Shown here: positions 1-12,236 of the stretch, in pieces
Numbering within the stretch: position 1 is the stretch's first letter
How the letters are laid out: each line of letters opens with the position of its first letter
Assembly: GCA_036785375.1 (NCBI GenBank)
Contig: JAWMAR010000070.1
Location: forward strand, 4,774,001 to 4,838,000
Direction: 5' to 3'
Source: Leucoraja ocellata
Taxonomy: Eukaryota
Length of the DNA stretch: 64,000 nucleotides
Translations under genes and position numbers: made by a program
Notes under the pieces: generated by a model
Told to the model about the DNA's origin: nothing
Seen by the model: the letters and a program-made list of their open reading frames with translations, nothing else
Databases searched by the model: none

Positions 1-696
1 GACAAACAGAATCAAGGGATATGGGGAGAGAGCAGGAACTGGGTACTGATTTAGGTTGATCTGCCACGATCATATTGAATGGTTCAAAGGGCCGAATGGC
101 CTACTCCAGCGCCTATTTTCTATGTTTCCATAGCAGAGCTCCCTCGGTACAACACTCCCTCCGTGCTCGGCATTCTGGAGTGGGAACTGAACCAACATCT
201 CTCTAACTCACTCAATAGTTTTCACCCACTGAGCTTGCACTGCAGGACCCAACACTGGGCCTTGATGTGGCTCAGTTAGCGTGGTAAAGTCACACAGGAC
301 TCCTGCTAGAAACAGCGTGGGAAATGTTGAACTTAGACCACAGGTCTCACATTGAAAACCATGTGAAACCCAACCGCTTCTGAAATGAGGAAGCACCGCG
401 ATGACTTTTCATGTTTGCATTCAAGGAATCTGTGGCAACCTCTTTAGTTTAGCCTATTATAGTCACGTGTACAGAGGTGCAGTGAAAAGCTTTTCTGATG
501 TATTATATCCAGTCAATGAAAACACTATATACGATTACAATCAAGCCATCCACAGGATACAGGTACAGGATAATCCGACCTCTACAATGTAATCTCACAG
601 AGGCTGATGGGTACATGGAGGGAGCATGTCCAGAGAAGGTAGTGTAGACAGGTACTAGTAACAACATTGAAAAGCATAAGGACATGGTACGTGGAT

Positions 697-1310
697 AGAA
701 ACATAGAAATTAGGTGCAGGAGTAGGCCCTTCGAGCCTGCACCGCCATTCAATATGATCATGGCTGATCATCCAACTCAGTATCCCGTACCTGCCTTCTC
801 TCCATACCCCCTGATCCCCTTACCCACAAGGGCCACATCTAACTCCTTCTTAAATATAGCCAATGAACTGGCCTCAACTACCCTCTGTGGCAGAGAGTTC
901 CAGAGATTCACCACTCTCTGTGTGAAAAAAGTTCTTCTCATCTCGGTTTTAAAGGATTTCCCCCTTATCCTTAAGCTGTGACCCCTTGTCCTGGACTTCC
1001 CCAACATCGGGAACAATCTTCCTGCATCTAGCCTGTCCAACCCCTTAAGAATTTTGTAAGTTTCTATAAGATCCCCCCTCAATCTTCTGAATTCTAGCGA
1101 GTACAAGCCGAGTCTATCCAGGCTTTCTTCATATGAAAGTCCTGACATCCCAGGAATCAGTCTGTTGAACCTTCTCTGTACTCCCTCTATGACAAGAATG
1201 TCTTTCCTCAGATTTGAAGACCAAAACAGTACACAATACTCCAGGTGTGGTCTCGCCAGTACCCTGTAGAACTGCAGTAGAACCTCCCTGCTCCTATACT
1301 CAAATCCTTT
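697..1310 (-). mobile_element. CR1 LINE 3' fragment
   Basis: ORF2 C-terminus (LYSLEFRRLRGDLIETYKIL...FFTQRVVNLWNSLP) plus CTATGTTT tail; absent from unit C. Confidence 0.9.
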
Positions 1311-1375
1311 TCCTTTGAAGGTTTTGATAGGAAAGGTTTGTAGGGACAGGGGTCAAATGCAGGCCTGGTTTTTAT

Positions 1376-1673
1376 GGTGGTGCAGCCATAAAGTTGCTGC
1401 CTTACATGGTATAACAGCGCCACATAACCAGGTTCGATCCTGGCTACAGGTGCTTGTCTGTACATAGTCTGTACTTTCTCCCAGTGACCTGCATAGGTTT
1501 TCCTTGAGAACTTCAGTTTCCTCCCACACTCCAAAGCCATACAGGTTTGTAGGTTAATTGGGTTGGTGTAAATGTAAACATTTGTGTTGCTGTGCAGGGA
1601 TCACTGGACGGTGCAGACACAGTGGGCCGGAGGGCTTGTTTCCCCACTGTATCTCTAAACTAAACTAAACTAA
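1376..1673 (+). mobile_element. tRNA-derived SINE (copies at ~19360-19654 and ~37591-37885)
   Basis: GGTTCGATCC box B, same body as the 14456 SINE, (CTAAA)n tail. Confidence 0.7.
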
Positions 1674-2677
1674 AGAGGGACCAGCGTACATGGGACATCT
1701 TGATCGGCATTGGGCAAGCTGTTTCCCTGCTGTATCACTCTATGATTTTATGAATCACATCCTCAAACTCAGCTTTACCCGGTCTCCAATGCTCAAGTAT
1801 TTGAATACTTCAAGGAGTTTATCTGGTGACGTGAGTTGACATCAGTTCGCATTTGACAATAGACAACAGACAATAGGTGCAGGAGTAGGTCATTCGGCCC
1901 TTCGAGACAGCATCACCATTCAATGTGATCATGGCTGATCATCCACAATCAGTACCCCGTTCCTGCCTTCTCCCCATATCCCTTGACTCCACTATCTTTA
2001 AGAGCTCTATCTAGCTCTCTCTTGAAAGCATCCAGAGAACCGGCCTCCACCGCTCTCTTAGGCAGAGAATTCCACAGACTCACAACTCTCTGGGTGAAAA
2101 AGTGTTTCCTCATCTCCATTCCGTTGGTGTCTTTTTTCTCCTGGGTATTGTTTCAACAGATGAGAAGCTGAGGAAGGCTGGACAAATTAGTGACGCGCAT
2201 TTTGAGGTGGGTAAACAGATCACAAGTTCACACATTCCAGGAGTAGAATTTGGCCATTCGGCCCATCCAGTCTACTCTGCCATTCAAACATGGCTGATCT
2301 CTGCCTCCTAATCCCATACAAGTTCAGACACAGTGTGCCCGCATTTGGGGTGGGGCTTGAGGGGGTGGGCAAGGGAATGTTTGCGGTGGTGGACAGAGCG
2401 CCAGTCAAGTGGGCAAACGTCACCAGGATGAAGCAGAGCTTCGAGGAGATGCTCCAATCCAGGCAACTGGAGAGTGTTGCAGCTCACTCCTGATAGGGGC
2501 ATTGTCCGTGGTGAGGAGGCTGGGGGAGGTGGTAAGTGAGTTACCAAGTTAAGTCTTGAACCACTGCAAAGTCATGTCCTGTTAAACGGAAATTGACTGT
2601 TTGACTTCAGTTGTGAAGAAGGAAGAGGACAACTCAAACGCAGTGCAGGGACCAAACCGATCCAACGTAGTCGAGAC

Positions 2678-2774
2678 ATGGCGGTGGGACAGGGAGAATT
2701 CACCCACCAGAGATGGCCCAGATCCAGGGGAACAGTCGCTCTGTTGGTTCTTGTCGCTGTTGGTCTCACACCAG
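2678..2774 (+). CDS. Gene 1 leader exon MAVGQGEFTHQRWPRSRGTVALLVLVAVGLTP
   Basis: ATG in GACATGG context, hydrophobic core, CAG|GTAAAT phase-1 donor; conserved in all three units. Confidence 0.8.
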
Positions 2775-5700
2775 GTAAATCGGTGTTTTACAAAATGCTC
2801 TGTTCTTTAGAATTATTTACTAGCGCCTTGAATTATTTGTAACCACAGACCTCTCTGTACTGTGTGGGGAGCTGATGATGAATTGCTCAACACTCGTTAG
2901 TTCCTGTAGAGACTTCCATCAGCGGTTGTTGTCGTGTTGTGTGCAGCCAAGTCGGGAGATAACTATCTACAGCTTGCCTTGCCTTGTGGACCTCATTGAA
3001 ACTTACTGAATAGTGAAAGGCCTGGATAGAGTGGATGGGGTGAAGATGTTTACACTAGTGGGAGACTCTAGGACCAGAGGTCGCAGCCTCAGAATTAAAG
3101 GGCGTTGCTTTAGGAAGGAGATGAGGAGGAATTTTGTGAGACAGAAACTGTGAAATTCATTGCCACAGACTGTGGAGGCCATCAATAGGTATTTCTAAGG
3201 CTGAGATGGATAGATTCTTGATCAGTACTGGTGTCAGGAGACCTGGGGAAAAGGTAGGAGGATTTAGTTGAATGGGAAAGATAGATCAGCCATGATTGAT
3301 TGGAGGAGAGTAGACTTGATGGGCCAAATGGCCTAATTCTTCTCCTAGTACTAATGAACATGATCTGTTCTTCAGAATTATTTGCCAGCATCTTGAATTA
3401 TTTTGAGCCACAGAGCAGACTACTGGGCTACGAGCTGCTAAAGATAAAATGCTTGCACACTTGTTCTTCCCTGCACTAATGACTGTTGTGATGCCGTGTG
3501 CAGCCAAATTGTACACAGCTAACTCCCTGTAGAAAATGACCCCACAGCTGGCCTTGTTGATTATGGGTGTAGGGGTAACTCTTGCCCCCAGAACAGAGAG
3601 TTTGCTCCACTATTCTGGTGCAAACTATCTCCAGGTGAACTTTCTCAGTGACTTGACAGCAGATCAGCTAAATGCTTTACCCCTTGCATAATCTCTTGAC
3701 TTCCTCCTTCTCTGACTGTTGGTCTGAAGAAGTGTCTTGACCCGAAACGTCAGCCATTCCTTCTATCCAGAGATGCCCCCTGACCCGCTGCGTTACTCCA
3801 GCATTTAGTGTCTATCAAAGACACACGGCACTCCCTCCACGCACTGCAATGGGAAATGTTGAACCTAAACCTTAGCACATTCAAAGAAAAAACCTGTGAA
3901 AGCCAGCCAATGGGAACAGGCGGGCATCTCAAATGAGGAAGCACCAGAGTGACTGTCCAATTTAGCATTTGGAGAAGTTGTGGTAATCTCTCCCTTCAGA
4001 GAAAAACCAGCTGCCTTACAACAGACTCTGCTGCTCGAGCTGTTCTACACACTTTGCTTTCCCCAGCCTCTGAGTTCTCCTTCAAGGCATTTGTCTTGTG
4101 GCTTGTGAGCCGACCTGGACTGTTGTGATGATGTGTCTCCACCCCAGCTCCTGAATCTACAGTTTCACATGTGTTAGAGTCATAGAGTGATACAGTGTGG
4201 AAACAGGCCCTTCGGCCCAACTTGCCCACACCGGCCAACATGTCTCAGCAACACTAGTCCCACCTGTCCATGTTTGGTCCAAGTCCCTTCAAATCTGTCC
4301 TATCCATGTATCCAGAGGGTCCCACCCTCTCCGGAGACTAAGAAAAGCAGGTCTCCCTACTGTTCACCTAAGGTCCTTCTACAGGGGCACCATCGAGAGT
4401 ATACTGACCCACGGCATCACTTCCTGGTTTGGGAGCTGCAAGGCTTATGAACAAAAACAACTTAACAGGATAGTGAAGACAGCCAGTAGGGTCATTGGTG
4501 CTCCACTCCCTTTCCTGTTGGAGATCTATCAGAAGCGTAACATCAGCAGAGCCATCTCCATTATCAAGGACCCCTATCATCCATCACATCACATCTTCTC
4601 CATTCTGCCACCTGGGAAGAGGTACAGGAGCATCAGCTGCAAAACCAGCAGGATGCCACACAGCTTCTTCCCACAGGCAATAAGGCTGGTTAACGGACTG
4701 TGTCCCCTCCCCATACATCATACACCAACACATCTAACCTCGCCCATACTTTGACAGCTAGGCACCTGTCAAAGCAAAGCCACTGTTCGGTCTCAATGTC
4801 TGTTTTTATTTCAATTTTTAGGCCTATTTTAGTTATGTTCATTTTAATTTTAAATCTATATGTATTTATTCTGTTTTTATTAACTGCACTGACGGGAACT
4901 GATTGAGAAACAATTTTTAGTTTCTTCTGTGTATGTAAGTTAAAATGACATTAAAGTAAATACTGAATACTGAATACATCATCGGTGCCCCGCTCCCTGC
5001 CATGGATGCCCTCCACAGAAAACGGTGTCTGAGACAGGCTGGGAAGATCATCAAAGACCCCTCACACCCCAACCATGGACTGTTTGCCCTCCTCCCATCA
5101 GGGAGGCGTTACAGGAGCCTCAGGTCACGTACTAGTAGGATGAGGAACAGCTTCTACAACAACACAATCACATTGCTGAACTCGGAGTCCCGCCAATAGA
5201 TTTCTCTGGTCCCTCCATCCCCATTGTTTAATTATTCTGTATTTCCTGATTATTCTGTATCTTCTCTCTTTCTATTTTGTTTTGTTTTCTTTATGTACAA
5301 CTACTACAGACTGACGCAAAACTGCATTTCGTTGTACTGATACTTGTATTTGTGCGATGACATTAAAGTTGAATTGAATTGAACTGAATTGAATTGAATT
5401 GAATACCCAGGGCCGGCCTTAAGCCGATTGGCCCGATTGCTCCCAATTGTACCCCGCGAGTAAGGGGGCCCCGCGCCAGTGTAATCTACTCTCGACTCAG
5501 GTAGATCTACCCCGGGTGGAGAGAGAGTAGAGGGATGGAGGGGGAAGAAAGGGGTAGACGGGGAGGGGGATGTGAGGGGGAATGGAGAAGGGGGAGAGGG
5601 GGAGGTGGGTCGTTCGCTCATGGCAGCGCTCCTGCCCCTCCAGTTGCCGTGCTTCACGCACACAGCCCCGACTCCATCCCTCTCTCTCCCCGGGGAGAGG

Positions 5701-8700
5701 CGGTGAACAATACACGGAGGGCTGGGCCGGGGGTTGGGGCATCGTATACAAACATCGGCCTCAGCTCACACCCGTCTGCCCGGACCCCGGCATCCCTCTC
5801 CCTCCCTTCTCTCCTTCCCTCCCTCCTTCCGCTCTTTTCCTTTCTCTCATTCGGTCCATCCCGTCTTTCTCGACTTTCCTCCCTCCCTCCCACACACACA
5901 CATAACGCACAGACAACTAACACACACAACTAAGTTAAGATGGGGTAGAAACCTTTTCACCCAGAGTTGTGAATCTGTAGAATTCTCTGCCACAGAGGGC
6001 AGTGGAGGCCAATTCAATGGATGTATTCAAGAGAGAGTTAGATTTAGCTCTTAGGGCTAATGGAATCATGGGATCACGGGAGCAAGCAGAACTGGGCAGT
6101 GCCGGCTCGAAGGGCCGAATCGTCTCCTCCTGTGCCTATTTTCTATGTTTATATGTTTCTATGAATCATCATCTATCCACTTTCTCCAGAGATAGTTCCT
6201 GTCCAGTCTAAGGTTGTGACCTCAATAACAGGTAGGCCATTGAGGACTCAGATGAGGAAATATCTTTTCACCCAGAGAGTTCCTCTTTCTCCAGAGATAG
6301 TTCCTGTGTTGTTGTGTTACTCCGGCACTTTGTGTCCTTTTGTACATTAACCAGCATCTGCAGTTCCTTGTTTCTACTTGTTCAATGGGGAAGTGGGTTG
6401 TGGTGAGATTGAACACAGGGTGGGTCAGAGTGAGTGACAGGTTGGTTTCCTGTCACATGACCACCACTCATGTCAAGCCACGCCCACGGGGAAGGAGGAT
6501 CTGGGCGCCAGGTAGATTCAGAAGCAGTGTTCAAGAAGGAACTGCAGATGCTGGAAGATAGATATCGCAGTGCAGTAGACAAAGTGTTCAAGAAGGAACT
6601 CAGTTCTGCTTTCACTGGAACTTGGGGAAAAATCCCGGTGAAATGGGAATTAACACCAGCGGGAAAAGCATTAAAGTGCAACAGGATCTATGCAAAAGAA
6701 GAGAGACACAAAATGCTGGAGTAACTCAGCGGGACGGGCAGCATCTCTGGAGAGAAGGAATGGGCGAGGAAACATCACCCGTCGGTTTCTACAGAGATGT
6801 TGCCCGTCCCGCTGAGTTACTCCAGCACTTTGTGTCTTTCTTTGGTGTAAACCAGCTCCTGCAGTTCCTTGCTACACATGATCTATGCGAAACCATGAAC
6901 CTGTCTGAACAGCACAAATGACATGTTTTTTATTGTTAAACCTCAGCTTGTGTTACTGCAGTGTGAGTGATCTTTCATCATTAATGTGCCCACAGGGTCA
7001 AGGGGAATAACTGGATCCGAGGAGGTGAGGGGAGAGTTGGGGCAGTCGGTCACAGTGGGATGTCAGTATGGTCAGGAATACAAGGACAACAGGAAGCTGT
7101 GGAGGAAAGGTGATTCTTACTGGAAATCTCATACTGTGGTTTCTACTGATGACCTACAACAAGGGAGAACATCGATGACTGATGACAAAACACAACGGAT
7201 AGTTTCAGTCACCATCGACAACCTGAAGAAGAGTGATGAAGGACTCTACTGGTGTGTGGTAGTAAAGAGAAACGATTCACCCATTGAATCGACCTCCATC
7301 TCATTGAAGGTTTCTGAAGGTAAGTTGACGATCTCTCCTCACTCTCCCAGATGTGAAAATTCCAGCCTGTGAATTCCCGGCCTCGGTCCAGACGGTGACT
7401 CGGAGCCACATCCCCGGGGGGTCGCGGTAAGGGGGTTGGGTGGATAACTCACTTACTGGGGTCCCGGCCCGTGGGGCCACACCAAGAGCTCACTGTCGCT
7501 GGAGCAATATGGGGGGGGGGGCTGTCAGACACCAGCCCCACGGAAGGTCCCATCTACCGGCGGTTCTGTTGCTGACGGCTCATTTCCACGAAGACGATCG
7601 CTCCGGGACCAGAACCTCTGCCGCCCCCTCACTGGGGCAGGTGGTGGGAAACCCGGGTGGAGATAGGAGTCAATGGGGGAGGGGGCAGGTTAGTAGAAGA
7701 TACTTAAAATTAGAGAACCAACGTTCAAACAGTTGGGTTGTAAACTACCTGAGCCCAATATGAGGTGCGGTTCCTCCAATTTGCATGTGGCCTCACTCTG
7801 GCAATGGAGGAGGCCCAGGACAGAAAGGTCAGTGTGGGAATGGGAAGGGACGTGGACAGGGTTGGCAACCGGGAGATCAAGAATGGTCCCGACCCGAAAA
7901 GGACACCTATCCATTTTCTCCAGAGATTCTGCCTGATCCGCCGAGTTACTCCAGCACTTTGTGTCTATCTTTGGTGTAAACCAGCACCTGCAGTTCCTTA
8001 CTACACATGATCTATGCGAAACCATGAACCTGTCTGAACAGCACAAATGACATGTTTTTTATTGTTAAACCTCAGCTTGTGTTACTGCAGTGTGAGTGAT
8101 CTTTCATCATTAATGTGTCCACAGGGTCAAGGGGAATAACTGGATCCGAGGAGGTGAGGGGAGCGTTGGGGCAGTCGGTCACTGTGGGATGTCAGTATGG
8201 TCAGGAATACAGTGACTACAGGAAGCTGTGGAGGAAAGGTGATTCTTACCGGAATTCTTATACTGTGGTTTCTACTGATCACCAACAACAAGGGAGAACA
8301 TCGATGACTGATGACAAATCACAACGGATAGTTTCAGTCACCATCGACAAGCTGAAGAAGAGTGATGAAGGACTCTACTGGTGTGTGACAGTAAAGAGAA
8401 ACGATTCACCCATTGAATCGACCTCCATCTCATTGAAGGTTTCTGAAGGTAAGTTGGCGATCTCTCCTCACTCTCCTAGATGTGAACATTCCAGCCTGTG
8501 AATTCCCGGCCTCGGTCCTGACGGTGACTCGGTGCCACATCCCCGGGGGTCGCGGTAACGGGGCTGGGTGGATAACTCACTTACTGGGGTCCCGGCCCGT
8601 GGGGCCACACCAAGAGCCCACTGTCGCTGGAGCAATATGGGGGGGGGGGCTGTCAGACACCAGCCCCACGGAAGGTCCCATCTACCGGCGGTTCTGTTGC

Positions 8701-11700
8701 TGACGGCTCATTTCCACGAAGACGATCGCTCCGGGACCAGAACCTCTGCCGCCCCCTCACTGGGGCAGGTGGTGGGAAACCCGGGTGGAGATAGGAGTCA
8801 ATGGGGGAGGGGGCAGGTTAGTAGAAGATACTTAAAATTAGAGAACCAACGTTCAAACCGTTGGGTTGTAAACTACCTGAGCCCAATATGAGGTGCGGTT
8901 CCTCCAATTTGCATGTGGCTTCACTCTGGCAATGGAGGAGGCCCAGGACAGAAAGGTCAGTGTGGGAATGGGAAGGGACATGGACAGGGTTGGCAACCGG
9001 GAGATCAAGAATGGTCTGAACCCGAAAAGGACACCTATCCATTTTCTCCAGAGATTCTGCCTGATCCGCCGAGTTACTCCAGCACTTTGTGTCTATCTTT
9101 GGTTTAAACCAGCACCTGCAGTTCCTCGCTACACATGATCTATGCAAAACCATGAACCTGTCTGAACAGCGCAAATGACATGTTTTTTATTGTTAAACCT
9201 CAGCTTGTGCTGCCGGCGGTTCTGCTGCTGGCGGCTCATTTCCCCAAAGCCGATCACTCCGGGTCCAGAACCTCTTGCTGCAGTGTGAGTGATCTTTCAT
9301 CATTAATGTGTCCACAGGGTCAAGGGGAATAACTGGACCTAAGGAGGTGAGGGGAGAGTTGGGGCAGTCGGTCACTTTGGAATGTCAGTATGGTCAGGAA
9401 TACAGTGACAACAAGAAGCGATGGAGTAAAGGTTATTATTACACAAATTCTTCTACCGTGGTTTCTACTGATGACCCACAATATAGGAGAACATCGATGA
9501 GTGATAACAAAACACAACGGATAGTTTCAGTCACCATCGACAACCTGAAGAAGAGTGATGAAGGATACTACTGGTGTGTGCTGATTGTAAAGGGAATATT
9601 TCCAATCAATAAAAGGACCTCCATCTTATTGACGGTTTCTGAAGGTACGTTGACGATCTCTCCTCACTCTCCCAGATGTGAACATTCCAGCCTGGGAATT
9701 CCCGGCCTCGGTCCTGACGGTGACTCGGTGCCACATCCCCGTGGGTCGGTGTGAAGGAGGGGGGAGCACATTTACTGGGGTCCCGGCCCATGGGGCCACA
9801 CCAAGAGCCCACTGTTCCAGGAGCAGTGTGTGTGTGGGGGGGGGGGGGGGGGGGGGGGCTCATCAATGGGGACCGGCGGTTCTGCTGCTGGCGGCTCATT
9901 TCCCCAAAGACGATCGCTCCAGGTCCAGAACCTCTGCCGCCCCTCACTGGGGCAGGGGAACAGCCAGAACCTCTGGTGCCCCCTCACCCTCTCCCCCTGC
10001 CCGTCACTGTCACACCCACCACACACACAACATCTGTAGAAAGGTCCCAACACTAAACATTGTCAGTTCATTCCTTCCACAGATGCTGCCTGACCTGCTG
10101 AGTTACTCCAGCACTTTGTGTTTTGCTCAAGATTCCAGCACCTGCAATTCCTTGTGTCTCACAAACTTTGGTGATTCATGAGTTCAGTTTATTGTTGTCG
10201 TCTGTACTGAGGTACAGGGAAAAGCTTTTACCATGTTTCCAATGAAGGCCAAATCATTGGGTATTTTTAAGATTCACAGGTTCTCGATTAGTATGAGTGT
10301 CAAGCGATATGGGGAGAAGGGAAGATAATGGGGTTGAGAGGGAGAGATAGATCAGCCATGATTGAATGGCGGAGTAGACATAAATAAGCCAAATGGCCGC
10401 ATTCTGCCCCTATCACATGAACTTCATAACAAGACGATTTCAGTACAGTAGTAGAGGGGTTCTTCCGCAGTTGTATCAGGCTCTGGTAAGACCACATCTG
10501 GAGTATTGTGTACAGTTTTGGTCTAATTTGAGGAAGAACATCCTTGTGATTGAGGCAGTGCAGCGTAGGTTCACGAGATTGCTCCCTGGGATGGCGGGAC
10601 TGTCATATGAGGAAAGATTGAAAAGACTAGGCTCAAAACTGGAGTTTAGAAGGATGAGTGGGTTTCTTATAGAAACTTATAAAATTATAAAAGGACTGGA
10701 CAAGCTTGATGAAGGAAAAATGTTCCCAATGTTGGGCAAGTCCAGAACCAGGGGCCACAGCCTTAGAATAAAGGGGAGGCCATTTCAGACTGCGGTGAGA
10801 AAAAACTTTTTCACCCAGAGAGTTGTGAATTTGTGGAATTCCGTGCCACAGAGGGCAGTGGAGGCCAAATCACTGGATGGATTTAAGAGAGAGTTAGATA
10901 GAGCTCCAGGGGCTAGTGGAATCAAGGGATATGGGGAGAAGGCAGGCACGGGTTATTGATTGGGGACGTTCAGCCCTGATCACAGTGAATGGCGGTGCAG
11001 GCTCGAAGGGCTGAATGGCCTCCTCTTGCACCTATTTTCTATGTTTCTATAACGTATGAACGAAGAATCCTCATGAGATGACTAGATCAAGGGGCTTGGT
11101 CCATCTATGGGGGCCTCAGAAGGATCCTTGCTCAAATCTCTGGATTGGGATTTGAACCCAGGAATCTCCCAACACGGAGCAAGAGCGCTCCCGACTGAGG
11201 CATCTCCGACTAAAGTGGCACAGAACGTGCTTTCAGACTTTTAATGTTCAAAAACGTCATTCACTTTATCTCCACAAGGGTCTCAAACAAGCCGCCCAGA
11301 CATGGTCACCACCACCTCTACAACAATAATCCCAGTGAAATGGGAATTAACACCAGCGGGAAAAGCATTAAAGTGCACCAGGATCTATGCAAAAGGAGAG
11401 AGACACAAAATGCTGGAGTAACTCAGCAGGAAGGGCAGCATCTATGGAGAGAAGGAAATGGGTGAGGAAACATCACCCGTCGGTTTCTCCCGAGATGCTG
11501 CCTGTCCCACTGAGTTACTCCGGCTCTTTGTGTCTATCTTTGGTGTAAACCAGCACCTGCAGTTCCTTGTTACACATGATCTATGCGAAACCATGAACCT
11601 GTCTGAACAGCACAAATGACATGTTTTTTATTGTTAAACCACAGCTTGTGTTGCTGCAGTGTGAGTGATCTTTCATCATTAATGTGCCCACAGGGTCAAG

Positions 11701-12205
11701 GGGAATAACTGGACCCGAGGAGGTGAGGGGAGAGGTGGGGCAGTCGGTCACTGTGGAATGTCGGTACGATCGGAAATACAAAGACAACGACAAGCTATGG
11801 AGTAAAGGTTATTATTACACAAATTCTTCTACCGTGGTTTCTACTGATGACCCACAATATAGGAGAACATCGATGACTGATGACAAAAAACAACGGATAG
11901 TTTCAGTCACCATCGACAACCTGGAGAAGAGTGATGAAGGATACTACTGGTGTGTGCTGATTGTAAAGGGAATATTTCTAATCAATAAAAGGACCTCCAT
12001 CTCATTGACGGTTTCTGAAGGTACGTTGACGATCTCTCCTCACTCTCCCAGATGTGAACATTCCAGCCTGGGAATTCCCGGCCTCGGTCCTGACGGTGAC
12101 TCGGTGCCACATCCCCGGGGGTCGGGGTGAAGGAGGGGGGAGCACATTTACTGGGGTCCCGGCCCATGGGCCCACACCAAGAGCCCACTGTCCCAGGAGC
12201 AGTGT

Positions 12206-12236
<31 letters not shown>

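Noticed and set aside
5407-5935. GC/purine-rich ORFs in intron 1 starting with a CAGGGCCGGCC hAT-like end
   Set aside because: No matching second terminus or TSD found; ORFs are compositional artefacts
6986-7372. ORF-track Ig ORFs as single-exon genes
   Set aside because: They start at GTG in the acceptor region and run past canonical GT donors; they are internal exons
8057-8094. RSS-like pattern upstream of Ig exons (TTTTATTGT - 22 nt - CAGTGTG)
   Set aside because: Nonamer matches only 6/9, it lies in the intron about 30 nt from the exon, no partner 12-spacer RSS or J/D segments were seen, each exon already encodes its own G strand, and the spacer is disrupted before D3
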